Translations under genes and position numbers: made by a program
Shown here: in pieces, positions 28,965 to 38,368 of the stretch
How the letters are laid out: each line of letters starts with the position of its first letter
How positions within the stretch are numbered: position 1 is the first letter of the stretch
Notes under the pieces: model-generated
What the model was told of the DNA's origin: nothing
What the model saw: the letters and a program-made list of their open reading frames with translations, nothing else
Databases searched by the model: none
Source: an uncultured Alphaproteobacteria bacterium
Lineage (GTDB): Bacteria; Pseudomonadota; Alphaproteobacteria; SP197
DNA length: 60,370 nt
NCBI GenBank assembly: GCA_938048755.1
Contig: CALIUG010000048.1
Location: 1-60,370, forward strand
Direction of reading: 5' to 3'

Positions 28965-30044
28965 GTGAAGGTGAAGATTTTCGGTGCCGGTTCGATCGGC
29001 AACCATCTGGCGAATGCCTCGCGGCGTCTCGACTGGCAGGTCGATGTCGTCGATATCGACCCGGCGGCGCTCAAGCGCATGCGCGAGGAGATTTATCCCG
29101 CACGTTATGGCGCATGGGACGAAGCCATCGGCCAGCACGTTGCCGGTGATGCGCCCGTGGGTGGTTATGACCTGATCATGATCGGCACGCCGCCCGACCA
29201 CCATGTCGGCCTGGCGCGTGAAGCCATCGCGGAGAATCCTGCCGCGCTGCTGATCGAAAAGCCGCTTTCGACGCCCGATCTGGAAGGTCTGGCCGAGCTT
29301 CACGCCGAGGCAGAGGCTGCCGGCGTGGTTGCCTTTACCGGCTATGACCATGTCGTGGGCGAGGCCAGCAGCCTGATGACCGATGCCCTGGCTGCCGGCG
29401 CCTTCGGCACGCTCGAAACACTCGATGTCGAGTTCCGCGAGCACTGGGGCGGCATCTTTGCAGCACACCCCTGGCTTGATGGCCCGACCGATACCTATCT
29501 GGGCTTCTGGAAGCGCGGTGGCGGCGCCAGCGGCGAGCATTCCCACGCCGCCAATCTGTGGCAACACTTCGCGCATGCTGCCGGTCATGGTGGCGTTGTC
29601 GAAGTCCAGGCCAGGCTGGACTACGTCACCGATGGTGGCGCCGATTATGACCGGCTCTGCCTGCTCAACCTGACAACGCAGACCGGCTTCTGCGGGCGGG
29701 TCGTACAGGACGTTGTGACCAAGCCGCCGCGCAAATGGGCGCGTGCCCAGGGCAGCGACAGCGGTGGGGAATGGCGTTGCGGTTTCGAGCCCGGCAAGGA
29801 TGCCTATGCCCCCGATGGTGGCGAGGCAACGGTGGTCACGAAGACCCGTCCGGACGACTTCATCCGCGAACTGCGTCACATTGAAGATGCCCTGGCATCG
29901 AAAACCGGCTCTGCCAGCCCCATATCGCTGGAACGTGGTCTCGACACCATGCTGGTGGTTGCTGCCGCGCATCGTTCCCAGGCGCAAGGCCGGACCGTAC
30001 GCATTGACCGCTCAGCCGGTTACAGTATGGCTGCTCTTGACTGA
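28965..30044 (+). CDS. Gfo/Idh/MocA family oxidoreductase
   Basis: GAGSIGNH, IGTPPDHH, IEKPL, GGGASGEHSH. Confidence 0.85.
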   Translation: MKVKIFGAGSIGNHLANASRRLDWQVDVVDIDPAALKRMREEIYPARYGAWDEAIGQHVAGDAPVGGYDLIMIGTPPDHHVGLAREAIAENPAALLIEKPLSTPDLEGLAELHAEAEAAGVVAFTGYDHVVGEASSLMTDALAAGAFGTLETLDVEFREHWGGIFAAHPWLDGPTDTYLGFWKRGGGASGEHSHAANLWQHFAHAAGHGGVVEVQARLDYVTDGGADYDRLCLLNLTTQTGFCGRVVQDVVTKPPRKWARAQGSDSGGEWRCGFEPGKDAYAPDGGEATVVTKTRPDDFIRELRHIEDALASKTGSASPISLERGLDTMLVVAAAHRSQAQGRTVRIDRSAGYSMAALD

Positions 30045-30079
30045 TCCAACGCCGTTTACGCTTAGAATCTGGAAAACCC

Positions 30080-31639
30080 ATGACTCCTCCGCATGACGAA
30101 AAACCCTTTGATTTCAAGGACCTGTTTGTTCTCGACCTCGCCAATAACCATCAGGGCGACATCGAGCACGGCAAACGCGTGATCCGTGAGCATGGTGCGG
30201 TCGTGGCCCGCCATGGTGTTCGGGGGGTCATCAAGTTCCAGTTCCGCGATCTCGACACCTTCATTCATCCCAGCCATCTGCAATCCAGCGACAACAAACA
30301 TGTGCCGCGGTTTCTTTCGACCCGGCTGGACCGAGACGGGTTCCAGGCATTGCTCGATGAGGTGCGTGCCCAGGGCATGATGGCGGCCTGTACTCCGTTC
30401 GACGAGGCCTCGGTTGGCGTGATCGAGGAGATGGGTTTCGACATCATCAAGGTGGCGAGCTGCTCAGCCAAGGACTGGCCGCTTCTGGAACGGATTGCCG
30501 CCTCCGCCCGTCCGGTGATTGCCTCGACCGGTGGCCTCTTGCAGTCGGATATGGACGCGTTGGTCAGCTTTCTGGGTCATCGTGGTGCGGACTTTGCGCT
30601 CATGCATTGCGTCTCGGTCTATCCCACACCCGATTCCATGTGCCATCTCAACAACATCGCCATGATGATCGAACGCTTCGGCGGTCGCACGGTCGGCTGG
30701 TCGACCCATGAGAACCCGGCAGACACGATGCCGGTGGGTCTCGCACTCGCCAAGGGTGCGCGCATGTTCGAGCGCCATGTCGGTGTGCCGACTGACACCA
30801 TCACGCTCAACGCCTATTCCTCCAATCCCGATGAGGTCGACGCCTGGATCACGGCCTGGAAGAAGGCACAGACCCTGCTGGGCCTGGATGAACGCCAGGC
30901 ACCCAGTGAGGATGAAGCCGTCGCGATTGCCGGATTGAGCCGCGGTGTGTTTGCCCGGCATGATCTTGAAGCAGGCCACGCGGTTTCTCGCGATGATGTC
31001 TACTTTGCCTTCCCCTATGCTGAAGGTGGCCTGGAAAGTGGACAGTGGAGCAACGAGATCGTCACGACCAAGGCGATCAAGGCCGATGCCACCCTGGCGC
31101 TTGATGCCATCTCCATGCCCGAACGTTCCGATGTGCATGTGCTCAAGCAGGCGGTGCACGAGGTCAAGGGTCTGCTCAACAAGGCGCGGGTCGAACTGGG
31201 CAGCGAGTTCGAGGTGGAGTACTCGCACCATTACGGACCCGGGGCATTCCGCGAGACCGGCGTGGTCATCGTCAACTGCATCAACCGTGAATACTGCAAG
31301 AAGGTGCTGATCCAGCTTGCCGGTCAGGGTCATCCCTCGCACTACCACAAGCGCAAGGAAGAGACCTTCCATGTTCTGTGCGGCGAGCTTCACAGTGAAC
31401 TGGACGGTCGCCATCGCCTGCTCCAGCCCGGCGACACGCTGCTGGTTCTGCCCGGCGTCTGGCACCGCTTCTGGACCGAGACCGGCTGTGTTTTCGAGGA
31501 GATCTCGACGACCCATTACAACAACGATTCGGTCTATCGCGATCCGAAGATCCAGGCGATGGAACGCTCGGAGCGCAAGACCGTGGTCGATCACTGGGGC
31601 CGTTTCCAGCTTGCCGATGGAGCCCAGGCGGCAGAATGA
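30080..31639 (+). CDS. NeuB-family ulosonate synthase fused to SAF and a C-terminal cupin (D-lyxose/mannose isomerase-like) domain
   Basis: LANNHQGD, KFQFR, TPFDE, KVASCS, STGG, HCVSVYP, GWSTHE, FERH. Cupin YCKK...HPSHYHKRKEETF...WHRF...FEEIST. Confidence 0.85.
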   Translation: MTPPHDEKPFDFKDLFVLDLANNHQGDIEHGKRVIREHGAVVARHGVRGVIKFQFRDLDTFIHPSHLQSSDNKHVPRFLSTRLDRDGFQALLDEVRAQGMMAACTPFDEASVGVIEEMGFDIIKVASCSAKDWPLLERIAASARPVIASTGGLLQSDMDALVSFLGHRGADFALMHCVSVYPTPDSMCHLNNIAMMIERFGGRTVGWSTHENPADTMPVGLALAKGARMFERHVGVPTDTITLNAYSSNPDEVDAWITAWKKAQTLLGLDERQAPSEDEAVAIAGLSRGVFARHDLEAGHAVSRDDVYFAFPYAEGGLESGQWSNEIVTTKAIKADATLALDAISMPERSDVHVLKQAVHEVKGLLNKARVELGSEFEVEYSHHYGPGAFRETGVVIVNCINREYCKKVLIQLAGQGHPSHYHKRKEETFHVLCGELHSELDGRHRLLQPGDTLLVLPGVWHRFWTETGCVFEEISTTHYNNDSVYRDPKIQAMERSERKTVVDHWGRFQLADGAQAAE

Positions 31640-32271
31640 TCAGCCACCTGGTCTTTGACCTGGACGGCACGCTGGTGCCTTCAAACGACGTCAAGCGTGA
31701 CGCTTTCTTTGCCTGTGTCGAGGGCATCGACGGCGCAGGTGAGATCATTGCCTCCATGCTGGACGCCGACCCCACGCGCGACCGCTACCGCGTGTTCGGC
31801 GAACTTGTCGCGCGCCTGCCCGCCAGCGGCGATGCCGATGTGCTGATCGCGCGCTACAGCACACTGTGCCACGAACGGATTGTCGCACTTCTCAAGGAAG
31901 GCGTGACCGATGCGTTGCTTGATCTGTTACGCGGTCAGGGACTGACCTTGCACCTGAGCTCTGGGACGCCGCGTGACGCGCTCCTGGCGATGATGCGCGA
32001 AACCGGTTTTGACCGGCACTTCGCCGATATCAACGGATCGCCGTCCGCCAAGGCCGACACCCTGCGTTCCATCATGCAGAAGCATGGCCTTGAGGCCTCC
32101 CAGCTTGCCGTCATCGGAGATGGCGACAGCGACGCAGAGGCCGCCACAGCGGTCGATTGTGCCTTCCTGCGCGTGGCGGATGATGCGAGCGAGCTTTATG
32201 GACAACCGGCCGACGCGGGTTGCGCGTTTCTGGGTAGGCACCTCGATCTGGCATCCAGGGAAGCGGCATGA
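31636..32271 (+). CDS. HAD-family hydrolase/phosphatase
   Basis: VFDLDGTL, SSGTP, K, IGDGDSD (HAD motifs I-IV). Confidence 0.87.
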   Translation: MISHLVFDLDGTLVPSNDVKRDAFFACVEGIDGAGEIIASMLDADPTRDRYRVFGELVARLPASGDADVLIARYSTLCHERIVALLKEGVTDALLDLLRGQGLTLHLSSGTPRDALLAMMRETGFDRHFADINGSPSAKADTLRSIMQKHGLEASQLAVIGDGDSDAEAATAVDCAFLRVADDASELYGQPADAGCAFLGRHLDLASREAA

Positions 32272-33137
32272 CTCTTGATCTTGCACGCCTGACCCGGCCG
32301 CTCGATCAGGATACCTACACCCTGTTGCGCTCGGGTGTTCAGGATGACCCCCAAATCAACGTCTACATCAACGAGCAGGGCGACTTCGCCGTTCTCGACC
32401 CTATGCCGGTCATGGACTATGCCGCCTATGAGCGCCGGTCGGAAAAGCTGGGCCTTCAGGCCTATGCGAAGAACTCCGGAGGTCTCGAGGCGCGCCTGCA
32501 GAAGGTGCAGCACCTGATCCCGGACGGTGGGGGAGTGCTGGAAATCGGTGCGGCCAATGCTGCGTTTCTCGAACTTGCTCAGAATGCGGTTCCGGCAAGC
32601 CGGTATGCCGCCATTGAACCGGACCAGAATACCCGGCCGGACCGGGACCGCCTGTCGTGGCTGACGCAGTATGACGGAATCGAGGAAGCACGTGCGGGCG
32701 GAGAGCGGTTTGACCTCGTCATGCTGTTCCATGTTTTCGAGCACATTCCCGAGCCCGATGTGTTCCTGGCTGAAGCCCGCAGCCTGCTCGCCGAGGGCGG
32801 GTCGCTCCTGATCGAGGTGCCGTGCCTCCATGACCCACTGCTGACGCTCTACGAGAACGCCGACTATCAGGCATTCTACTTCCAGCGGCAGCATCCCTTC
32901 GTTTACTCCGCGCCATCCCTGGAACGCGTGCTCAAGCACAGCGGCTTTGTTGTACGCACTTCGATTCCGCATCAGCGATATGGCATCGAGAATCATCTCC
33001 AGTGGTTGTCTGCGGGAAAACCAGGCGGCAATGCGCGTTTCCGCGAGCTGTTCGGCACCACTGATCTTGCCTACCGCGCTGCGCTTGAGGCTCAGGGCAC
33101 GACCGACACCATCATCATCGAGGCTGTCGCGGCATGA
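32268..33137 (+). CDS. Class I SAM-dependent methyltransferase
   Basis: VLEIGAANA, FDLVMLFHVFEHI, LLIEVP, QRYGIENHLQW. Confidence 0.85.
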   Translation: MTLDLARLTRPLDQDTYTLLRSGVQDDPQINVYINEQGDFAVLDPMPVMDYAAYERRSEKLGLQAYAKNSGGLEARLQKVQHLIPDGGGVLEIGAANAAFLELAQNAVPASRYAAIEPDQNTRPDRDRLSWLTQYDGIEEARAGGERFDLVMLFHVFEHIPEPDVFLAEARSLLAEGGSLLIEVPCLHDPLLTLYENADYQAFYFQRQHPFVYSAPSLERVLKHSGFVVRTSIPHQRYGIENHLQWLSAGKPGGNARFRELFGTTDLAYRAALEAQGTTDTIIIEAVAA

Positions 33138-33853
33138 CCTGGGACGGTCGCCGCATTCTGGCTGTGTGCCCGGCGCGGGGAGGCAGCAAAGGTATCCGTC
33201 TCAAGAACCTGCGACCGGTGGGTGGTGTTCCCATGGTCGCCCGGGTCGGCCATCTCTGTGCTGAACTCGACTGGCTCGACCGTGCCGTGGTGTCGACCGA
33301 TCACGACGAGATCGCCGCCATGGCCGAAGAAAGTGGTCTTGCCGCACCGTTCCGCCGGCCTGAAGACATCTCCGGCGACCGTATCGGTGACTGGGACGTG
33401 TTGCACCATGCCCTGCACGCCAGCGAAGCCCATGACGGCGTCACCTACGATGTCGTCGTGATGCTCCAGCCGACCTCACCCTTGCGCCGGGCCGAACATG
33501 TAGCCGACACGGTCGCCGCTCTGGTTGATGGCGACTGGGATGCCTGCTGGACGGTTTCGGAAACCGACAGCAAGGCGCATCCGCTCAAGCAGCTTGCCAT
33601 TGATGAGGACCGGCTGGACTTCAACGATCCCGGTGGCGCGGCCATCATCGCACGCCAGCAGCTCAAGCCGGTCTACCATCGCAACGGACTTGCCTATGCC
33701 ATCACCCGCTCCTGTCTGGTGGACCAGAAAACGATCATGGGAGCGCGTACGCGCGGTCTGGTGACACCTGGCCATTTCATCAGCATTGATACCGAGTTCG
33801 ACATCGCACTGGTCGAATTCCTCATGGATTGGGAGCGCAGGGACACCGCGTGA
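33134..33853 (+). CDS. neuA: Acylneuraminate (CMP-ulosonate) cytidylyltransferase, NeuA family
   Basis: PARGGSKGIRLKN, VSTD, PFRRP, LQPTSPLR, RQQL, RNGLAY, SIDTEFD. Confidence 0.88.
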   Translation: MTWDGRRILAVCPARGGSKGIRLKNLRPVGGVPMVARVGHLCAELDWLDRAVVSTDHDEIAAMAEESGLAAPFRRPEDISGDRIGDWDVLHHALHASEAHDGVTYDVVVMLQPTSPLRRAEHVADTVAALVDGDWDACWTVSETDSKAHPLKQLAIDEDRLDFNDPGGAAIIARQQLKPVYHRNGLAYAITRSCLVDQKTIMGARTRGLVTPGHFISIDTEFDIALVEFLMDWERRDTA

Positions 33854-35220
33854 AGGTTCTGGTGTTCATCGATGCTGATCTGGTCGTGCGTCACTTCGTG
33901 ATGAGTGCTGCGTTTGCCGATCTGGCCGCCAGGCATGATGTCGAGTTCGTCTTTCTGGATCCTTCGAACCAGCGCATGGGTCCGGTGGAGCCGGAGACGC
34001 TGGACCTGCATGGTGCCGATTACGAACTGCTGGATGTCGAACCCAAGCGGGCGCGTCTCTGGAGCGAACTCTTCACCGTGGACCGCCTGCGTCTGCGGCC
34101 GGGCCGGCAGTTCCGTGCCGTACGCCACATCTATCGCAACGCCCAGTCCTGGAAAGGGCGTCTGCTCTATCAGACCCTGGCCCTGCCCGGTCTGCGCCAG
34201 CTCTTCACCTGGTTCCAGTACCACCGTCTTGACGCGCATCCCAACCGTGCCCTGGAAACACTACTGGATCGCCATCAGCCAGATCTCGTCGTGCATCCCA
34301 CGGTTCTGAACGGACTCTTCATCAACGATGTCGTGCAGACATGCCGCCGCCGCGGGTTGCCCCATGTGCTGGTCATGAACTCCTGGGACAACCCCTCGAG
34401 CAAACAGGCGGTTGTCGGCCATCCCGATCTTTTGCTCGTCTGGGGCGAGCAGACCGAGGAACACGCGTTGCGTTACATGAACATGCCGATTGATCGTATC
34501 CGCCGGTTCGGTGCCGCGCAGTTTGAAGTCTACCGCGAGCCGCCACGTCTCGACCGTGCGGCGTTCTGTGCTGCCTACGATATCGACCCTGCAAAACGCA
34601 TCCTGCTGTATGCGGGATCCAGCAAGGAAACCGATGAGTTCAGTCACCTCAAGGCAATCGAGGCCATGATCGAATCCGGCACTCTGCCCGATACGGTTCT
34701 GCTCTATCGACCGCATCCGTGGGGCAATGGTGGTCAGGACGGGCACCGGATCATCGATGAACCCTGGAGGCATGTTCGCCTGGAACGTTCGATGCGGGGT
34801 TATCTCGAACAGGTCAAGGCGGGCAATCTCGAGAAGTCCCTGCCGGACTACCGTGAAACCCGTGACCTGCTCTGCCATATCGACGCGCTGGTTTCTCCGC
34901 TTTCGACGATCATTGTGGAAGCCGCCCGTCTCGGACATCCGGTTCTGTGCTTCCTGCCCGAAGATGAGCTCCAGGAGGCCGAGCACCTGCGCATCGCCAT
35001 GCCCAGCGTGCACTTTGATGCGCTGTATGACATGCCGGGCGTGATGGTGGCGCGCAGCCGCCAGGCCATGCTCGATGCTCTGCCATCCCTTGTTGCCCTG
35101 TCCGGCGATGACGCTGCCTGCGAGAGGTTGCGCAGGGCAACCGATGTCATCGTGGAGCCCTTTGATGAGCCCTGGGGCCGGCGTTTCACTAATCTGGCCG
35201 AGGAGCTTGTAGCGGCATGA
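33850..35220 (+). CDS. GT-B/TagF-like protein with HP motif, putative CMP/CDP-donor transferase
   Basis: GTG start overlapping neuA stop. SWDNPSSK, LLVWGE, GAAQFE, YRPHPW, STIIVEAARLGHP. Confidence 0.65.
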   Translation: MKVLVFIDADLVVRHFVMSAAFADLAARHDVEFVFLDPSNQRMGPVEPETLDLHGADYELLDVEPKRARLWSELFTVDRLRLRPGRQFRAVRHIYRNAQSWKGRLLYQTLALPGLRQLFTWFQYHRLDAHPNRALETLLDRHQPDLVVHPTVLNGLFINDVVQTCRRRGLPHVLVMNSWDNPSSKQAVVGHPDLLLVWGEQTEEHALRYMNMPIDRIRRFGAAQFEVYREPPRLDRAAFCAAYDIDPAKRILLYAGSSKETDEFSHLKAIEAMIESGTLPDTVLLYRPHPWGNGGQDGHRIIDEPWRHVRLERSMRGYLEQVKAGNLEKSLPDYRETRDLLCHIDALVSPLSTIIVEAARLGHPVLCFLPEDELQEAEHLRIAMPSVHFDALYDMPGVMVARSRQAMLDALPSLVALSGDDAACERLRRATDVIVEPFDEPWGRRFTNLAEELVAA

Positions 35221-36194
35221 GTGGTTCCCTCCAGGGAAGGACCTGCGCCATCACGGGCGGCGGGGGCCTGATCGGTTCGTTTCTGGTCGATGACCTGGTC
35301 GCACGAGGTGCGAGCGTTGTTGTCGTGGACGACTTCTCCAAGGGCCGGCGCGCCAACCTTGCCCATCAGGCTGAGGCCATCGAGATCCGAGAGGTCGATC
35401 TGGAACAGGCGGGAAGCGCCCTTGATGCGCTGGAAGGCTGTGAGATCGTGTTTCACCTCGCCAGCCGTGCCTTTGGGGTCGGTCATGGTGCGGGACGTCA
35501 CTGGGAAATCCTGGCGCATAACGAAGCCATCACCAACAACGTGCTTGTTGCCGTCGCGCGACAGCGTCCCGACCATGTGCTGATCACCTCGTCTTCCTGT
35601 GTGCATCGCGATGATGGACCCGACACCGTGGGCGAGTTGCTGCTGTTTGACGGTGAACCGGAAATGGCGAACTGGGGTTATGGCTGGGCCAAACGGTTCC
35701 TCGAACAGAAAGCCCTTGTGGTCGCGCGCGAGACCGGCATTCCCATGACCCTCGTGCGCCCGTTCAACATCTTTGGTGAACGTTATGCCTGGGCAGGCAA
35801 CAGCAGTCAGGCCATTCCCATGCTGGTGAAGAAGGTCATGGACGGCGAAGACCCCGTCATCATGTGGGGTTCGGGCGAACAACGCCGCACCTACCTCCAT
35901 GCCAGCGATTGCGCGGCGATCATGCGCAGTCTGGTTGAAGCGGGCTGGACCGACGGGCCGGTGAACATCGGTCTGGCGGAAACCGTCACCGTTCGCGAAC
36001 TGGTCGAAACGATCTGTCGTGTCGCCGGACGTTCACCGGAGCTGATTGCCGATACCAGCAAGCCAGAAGGCCGGTTTGTGAAGAGCAGCGATCCCACGCG
36101 TCTCATGCAGGCCGTTCCGGGCTTCAAACCATCGCTCAGCTTTGAAGAGGGCATCCGCCGCATGACCGACTGGTACAGACAGGAGTTCGCGTGA
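35217..36194 (+). CDS. NAD-dependent epimerase/dehydratase (extended SDR, GME/Fcl-like)
   Basis: TGGGGLIG, VFHLA, SSSCV, YGWAK, RPFNIFG, WGSGEQRRTYLH. Confidence 0.87.
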   Translation: MSGSLQGRTCAITGGGGLIGSFLVDDLVARGASVVVVDDFSKGRRANLAHQAEAIEIREVDLEQAGSALDALEGCEIVFHLASRAFGVGHGAGRHWEILAHNEAITNNVLVAVARQRPDHVLITSSSCVHRDDGPDTVGELLLFDGEPEMANWGYGWAKRFLEQKALVVARETGIPMTLVRPFNIFGERYAWAGNSSQAIPMLVKKVMDGEDPVIMWGSGEQRRTYLHASDCAAIMRSLVEAGWTDGPVNIGLAETVTVRELVETICRVAGRSPELIADTSKPEGRFVKSSDPTRLMQAVPGFKPSLSFEEGIRRMTDWYRQEFA

Positions 36195-37345
36195 GGGTTC
36201 CACCACAGGCCGCATCGCGGTTAGGCCGCGGCAAGGCCCGGATCCAGTGCTTGACCAAGGGTCGGTTTGACGCACGCCTTGCTGATATGGCCGAAGGGCT
36301 GTCGCCGCGTGACTTTTTCTATGGTTTCCTCGGGCTGGTCGAACGGGGTTACGACGCCAGGTTCCAGCAGACCGATGCGCCCTATCAGGGCGTGATCGGC
36401 CAGGTTGCCCATCTTCATGAGCGTGTGCTGAGCCGATTCACCGGGCTTTCCCGGCGTCAGCATGTGCTTTCGGAACTGAATTCGGATTGGCGTGATTCCG
36501 AGGTTCTGGTGAGTTTCACGGACCATTTCAGTCTCAGTCTGGGCGATGTCATGCGCAATCGTCTGGAGCATCCTTTCGCCATTGGCCTGTTCCACGGTCT
36601 CTCCGACATCGAGAATCGCATGCCGACCTTCGGGCGTCTGTTCAGCCGTGGGTTTGTCCGCAATGCGCTCTCGGGCCTCGATCACATCGGTTTCTTCGGG
36701 CCCGGCGACCGGGAAGAAGCAATCCGTCGTTATGGCCTCGATCCAGACCGCACCAGCGTCTATGCCTTCGGGATCGATACGGACTTCTGGTGCCCCGATG
36801 ACACAGAGGTACCCGAAGAACCCTATGTCCTCTCCGTGGGCTCGGATCCCAGCCGCGACTACGCCACGCTGATTGCTGCTCCCATCGAAGCACCGGTCCG
36901 TATTGTGACGCGCTTGCCCGTCGACGTGCCCTCTGATCGCCCCAACGTCGCGGTGCTGGCGGGACACTACTTCAAGAGCCCGTTGGATGATGTCGGCCTG
37001 CGCCGTCTCTATCGCCAGGCCTCGGTTGTCGTCGTTTCCCTGCAGGATGTCTTCCAGCCCACGGGTTACAGCGTCTGTCTGCAGGCCATGGCATGTGGCC
37101 GCCCGGTCGTGCTGACCGATATCAAGGGGCTGTGGTCGCCCGGACTCTACCGGGACGGAGAGCACTGCCTTCTGGTGCCGCCACGTGATCCCCGCGCGAT
37201 TGCATCATCTGTACAACGCATTCTGGGTGATCAAGTTCTTGCGCAGGACCTTGGCGAAGCCGCTCGTGCGGTGACCTGTGAACATCATCCGCTCAAGCGC
37301 ATGGATGACGGTCTCGAAGCCCTGGTCCGGATGGGTCTGTCGTGA
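36191..37345 (+). CDS. Glycosyltransferase family 4-like
   Basis: FGIDTDFW, SVGSDPSRDY, PTGYSVCLQAMACGRPVV. Start position uncertain. Confidence 0.83.
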   Translation: MRVPPQAASRLGRGKARIQCLTKGRFDARLADMAEGLSPRDFFYGFLGLVERGYDARFQQTDAPYQGVIGQVAHLHERVLSRFTGLSRRQHVLSELNSDWRDSEVLVSFTDHFSLSLGDVMRNRLEHPFAIGLFHGLSDIENRMPTFGRLFSRGFVRNALSGLDHIGFFGPGDREEAIRRYGLDPDRTSVYAFGIDTDFWCPDDTEVPEEPYVLSVGSDPSRDYATLIAAPIEAPVRIVTRLPVDVPSDRPNVAVLAGHYFKSPLDDVGLRRLYRQASVVVVSLQDVFQPTGYSVCLQAMACGRPVVLTDIKGLWSPGLYRDGEHCLLVPPRDPRAIASSVQRILGDQVLAQDLGEAARAVTCEHHPLKRMDDGLEALVRMGLS

Positions 37346-38358
37346 AGGTTGCCATTGGTTATCACGTGCAGCCCGGTGCCTGGGGTGGCGGCAACCGCTT
37401 TGCAAAGTCATTGGCAGCCGCGCTGGAAGCCCGGGGTGATGCCGTCGTCTATGACCTCAGCGACGATGACATCGATATCCTGATCATGACCGATCCGCGC
37501 TCGCGCAGTTCCAACATCTCCTTTGCCGCCGGCGCCTGCCTGAACTATCTCAAGCGTCACCCGCAAGCTGTGGTGATCCATCGCATCAACGAATGTGATG
37601 AACGCAAGGGCACGAAATCCATGAACCGGCGGTTGCGCATCGCCAACTACGCTGCCGATCACACGGTCTTCATCGCTTCCTGGCTGCGTGACCTCGACCT
37701 CTGGCGACACGGCCCCTGGTCGGTCGTGCTGAACGGTGGTGAAACCAGTGTCTTCCGAGCAGACCGTAACCAGCCCTGGGACGGGCGCGGACCACTCAGG
37801 CTTGTCACGCACCACTGGGGTGCAAGTCTGATGAAGGGATTCGATGTCTATCAGGAACTCGACCGCCTGATCGGCACGCCGAGCTGGAAGGACAAGTTGG
37901 CCTTTACCTATGTCGGCAACCTGCCCAGGGGATTTGCCTTCGAGAACGCACGGCATGTCGCGCCGCTTGATGGCGATGCGCTGGCTGGGGAGCTCGCCAG
38001 CCATCATGTCTATGTCACGGGTTCGCGCAACGAACCTGCGGGCATGCATCACATCGAAGGTGCACTTTGTGGCCTGCCGCTGATCTATCGCGATTCCGGG
38101 GCGCTGCCGGAGTACTGCAACGGGTTCGGTGAGATCTTTGACGATCTGCAGAGCTTCCATCCCGCCCTGGGGCGCATGATGCAGCATTACGAACGGCACA
38201 AGTCGGCGATGGCTGGCTACCGCCACACGGCTGATCGCATGGCTGCGGGATATCTCGACGTGATCGACGATCTCTATGATCAGCGCGCCGAAATTGCTGC
38301 TGCACGGCGTCTCTGGCGCAGCCCTGCCGCGATGCTGGCAAACAAGGTGCCCTGGTGA
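37342..38358 (+). CDS. GT-B glycosyltransferase-like protein
   Basis: WGGGNRF, HRINECDERKG, LVTHHW...KGFD, NEPAGMHHIEGALCGLP. Confidence 0.72.
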   Translation: MKVAIGYHVQPGAWGGGNRFAKSLAAALEARGDAVVYDLSDDDIDILIMTDPRSRSSNISFAAGACLNYLKRHPQAVVIHRINECDERKGTKSMNRRLRIANYAADHTVFIASWLRDLDLWRHGPWSVVLNGGETSVFRADRNQPWDGRGPLRLVTHHWGASLMKGFDVYQELDRLIGTPSWKDKLAFTYVGNLPRGFAFENARHVAPLDGDALAGELASHHVYVTGSRNEPAGMHHIEGALCGLPLIYRDSGALPEYCNGFGEIFDDLQSFHPALGRMMQHYERHKSAMAGYRHTADRMAAGYLDVIDDLYDQRAEIAAARRLWRSPAAMLANKVPW

Positions 38359-38368
38359 GCAACATCTG

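Noticed and set aside
30037-30068. Sigma70 promoter TTGACT...TAGAAT before the NeuB-cupin gene
   Set aside because: The spacer is 20 nt, too long. An internal promoter here remains possible but is unsupported.
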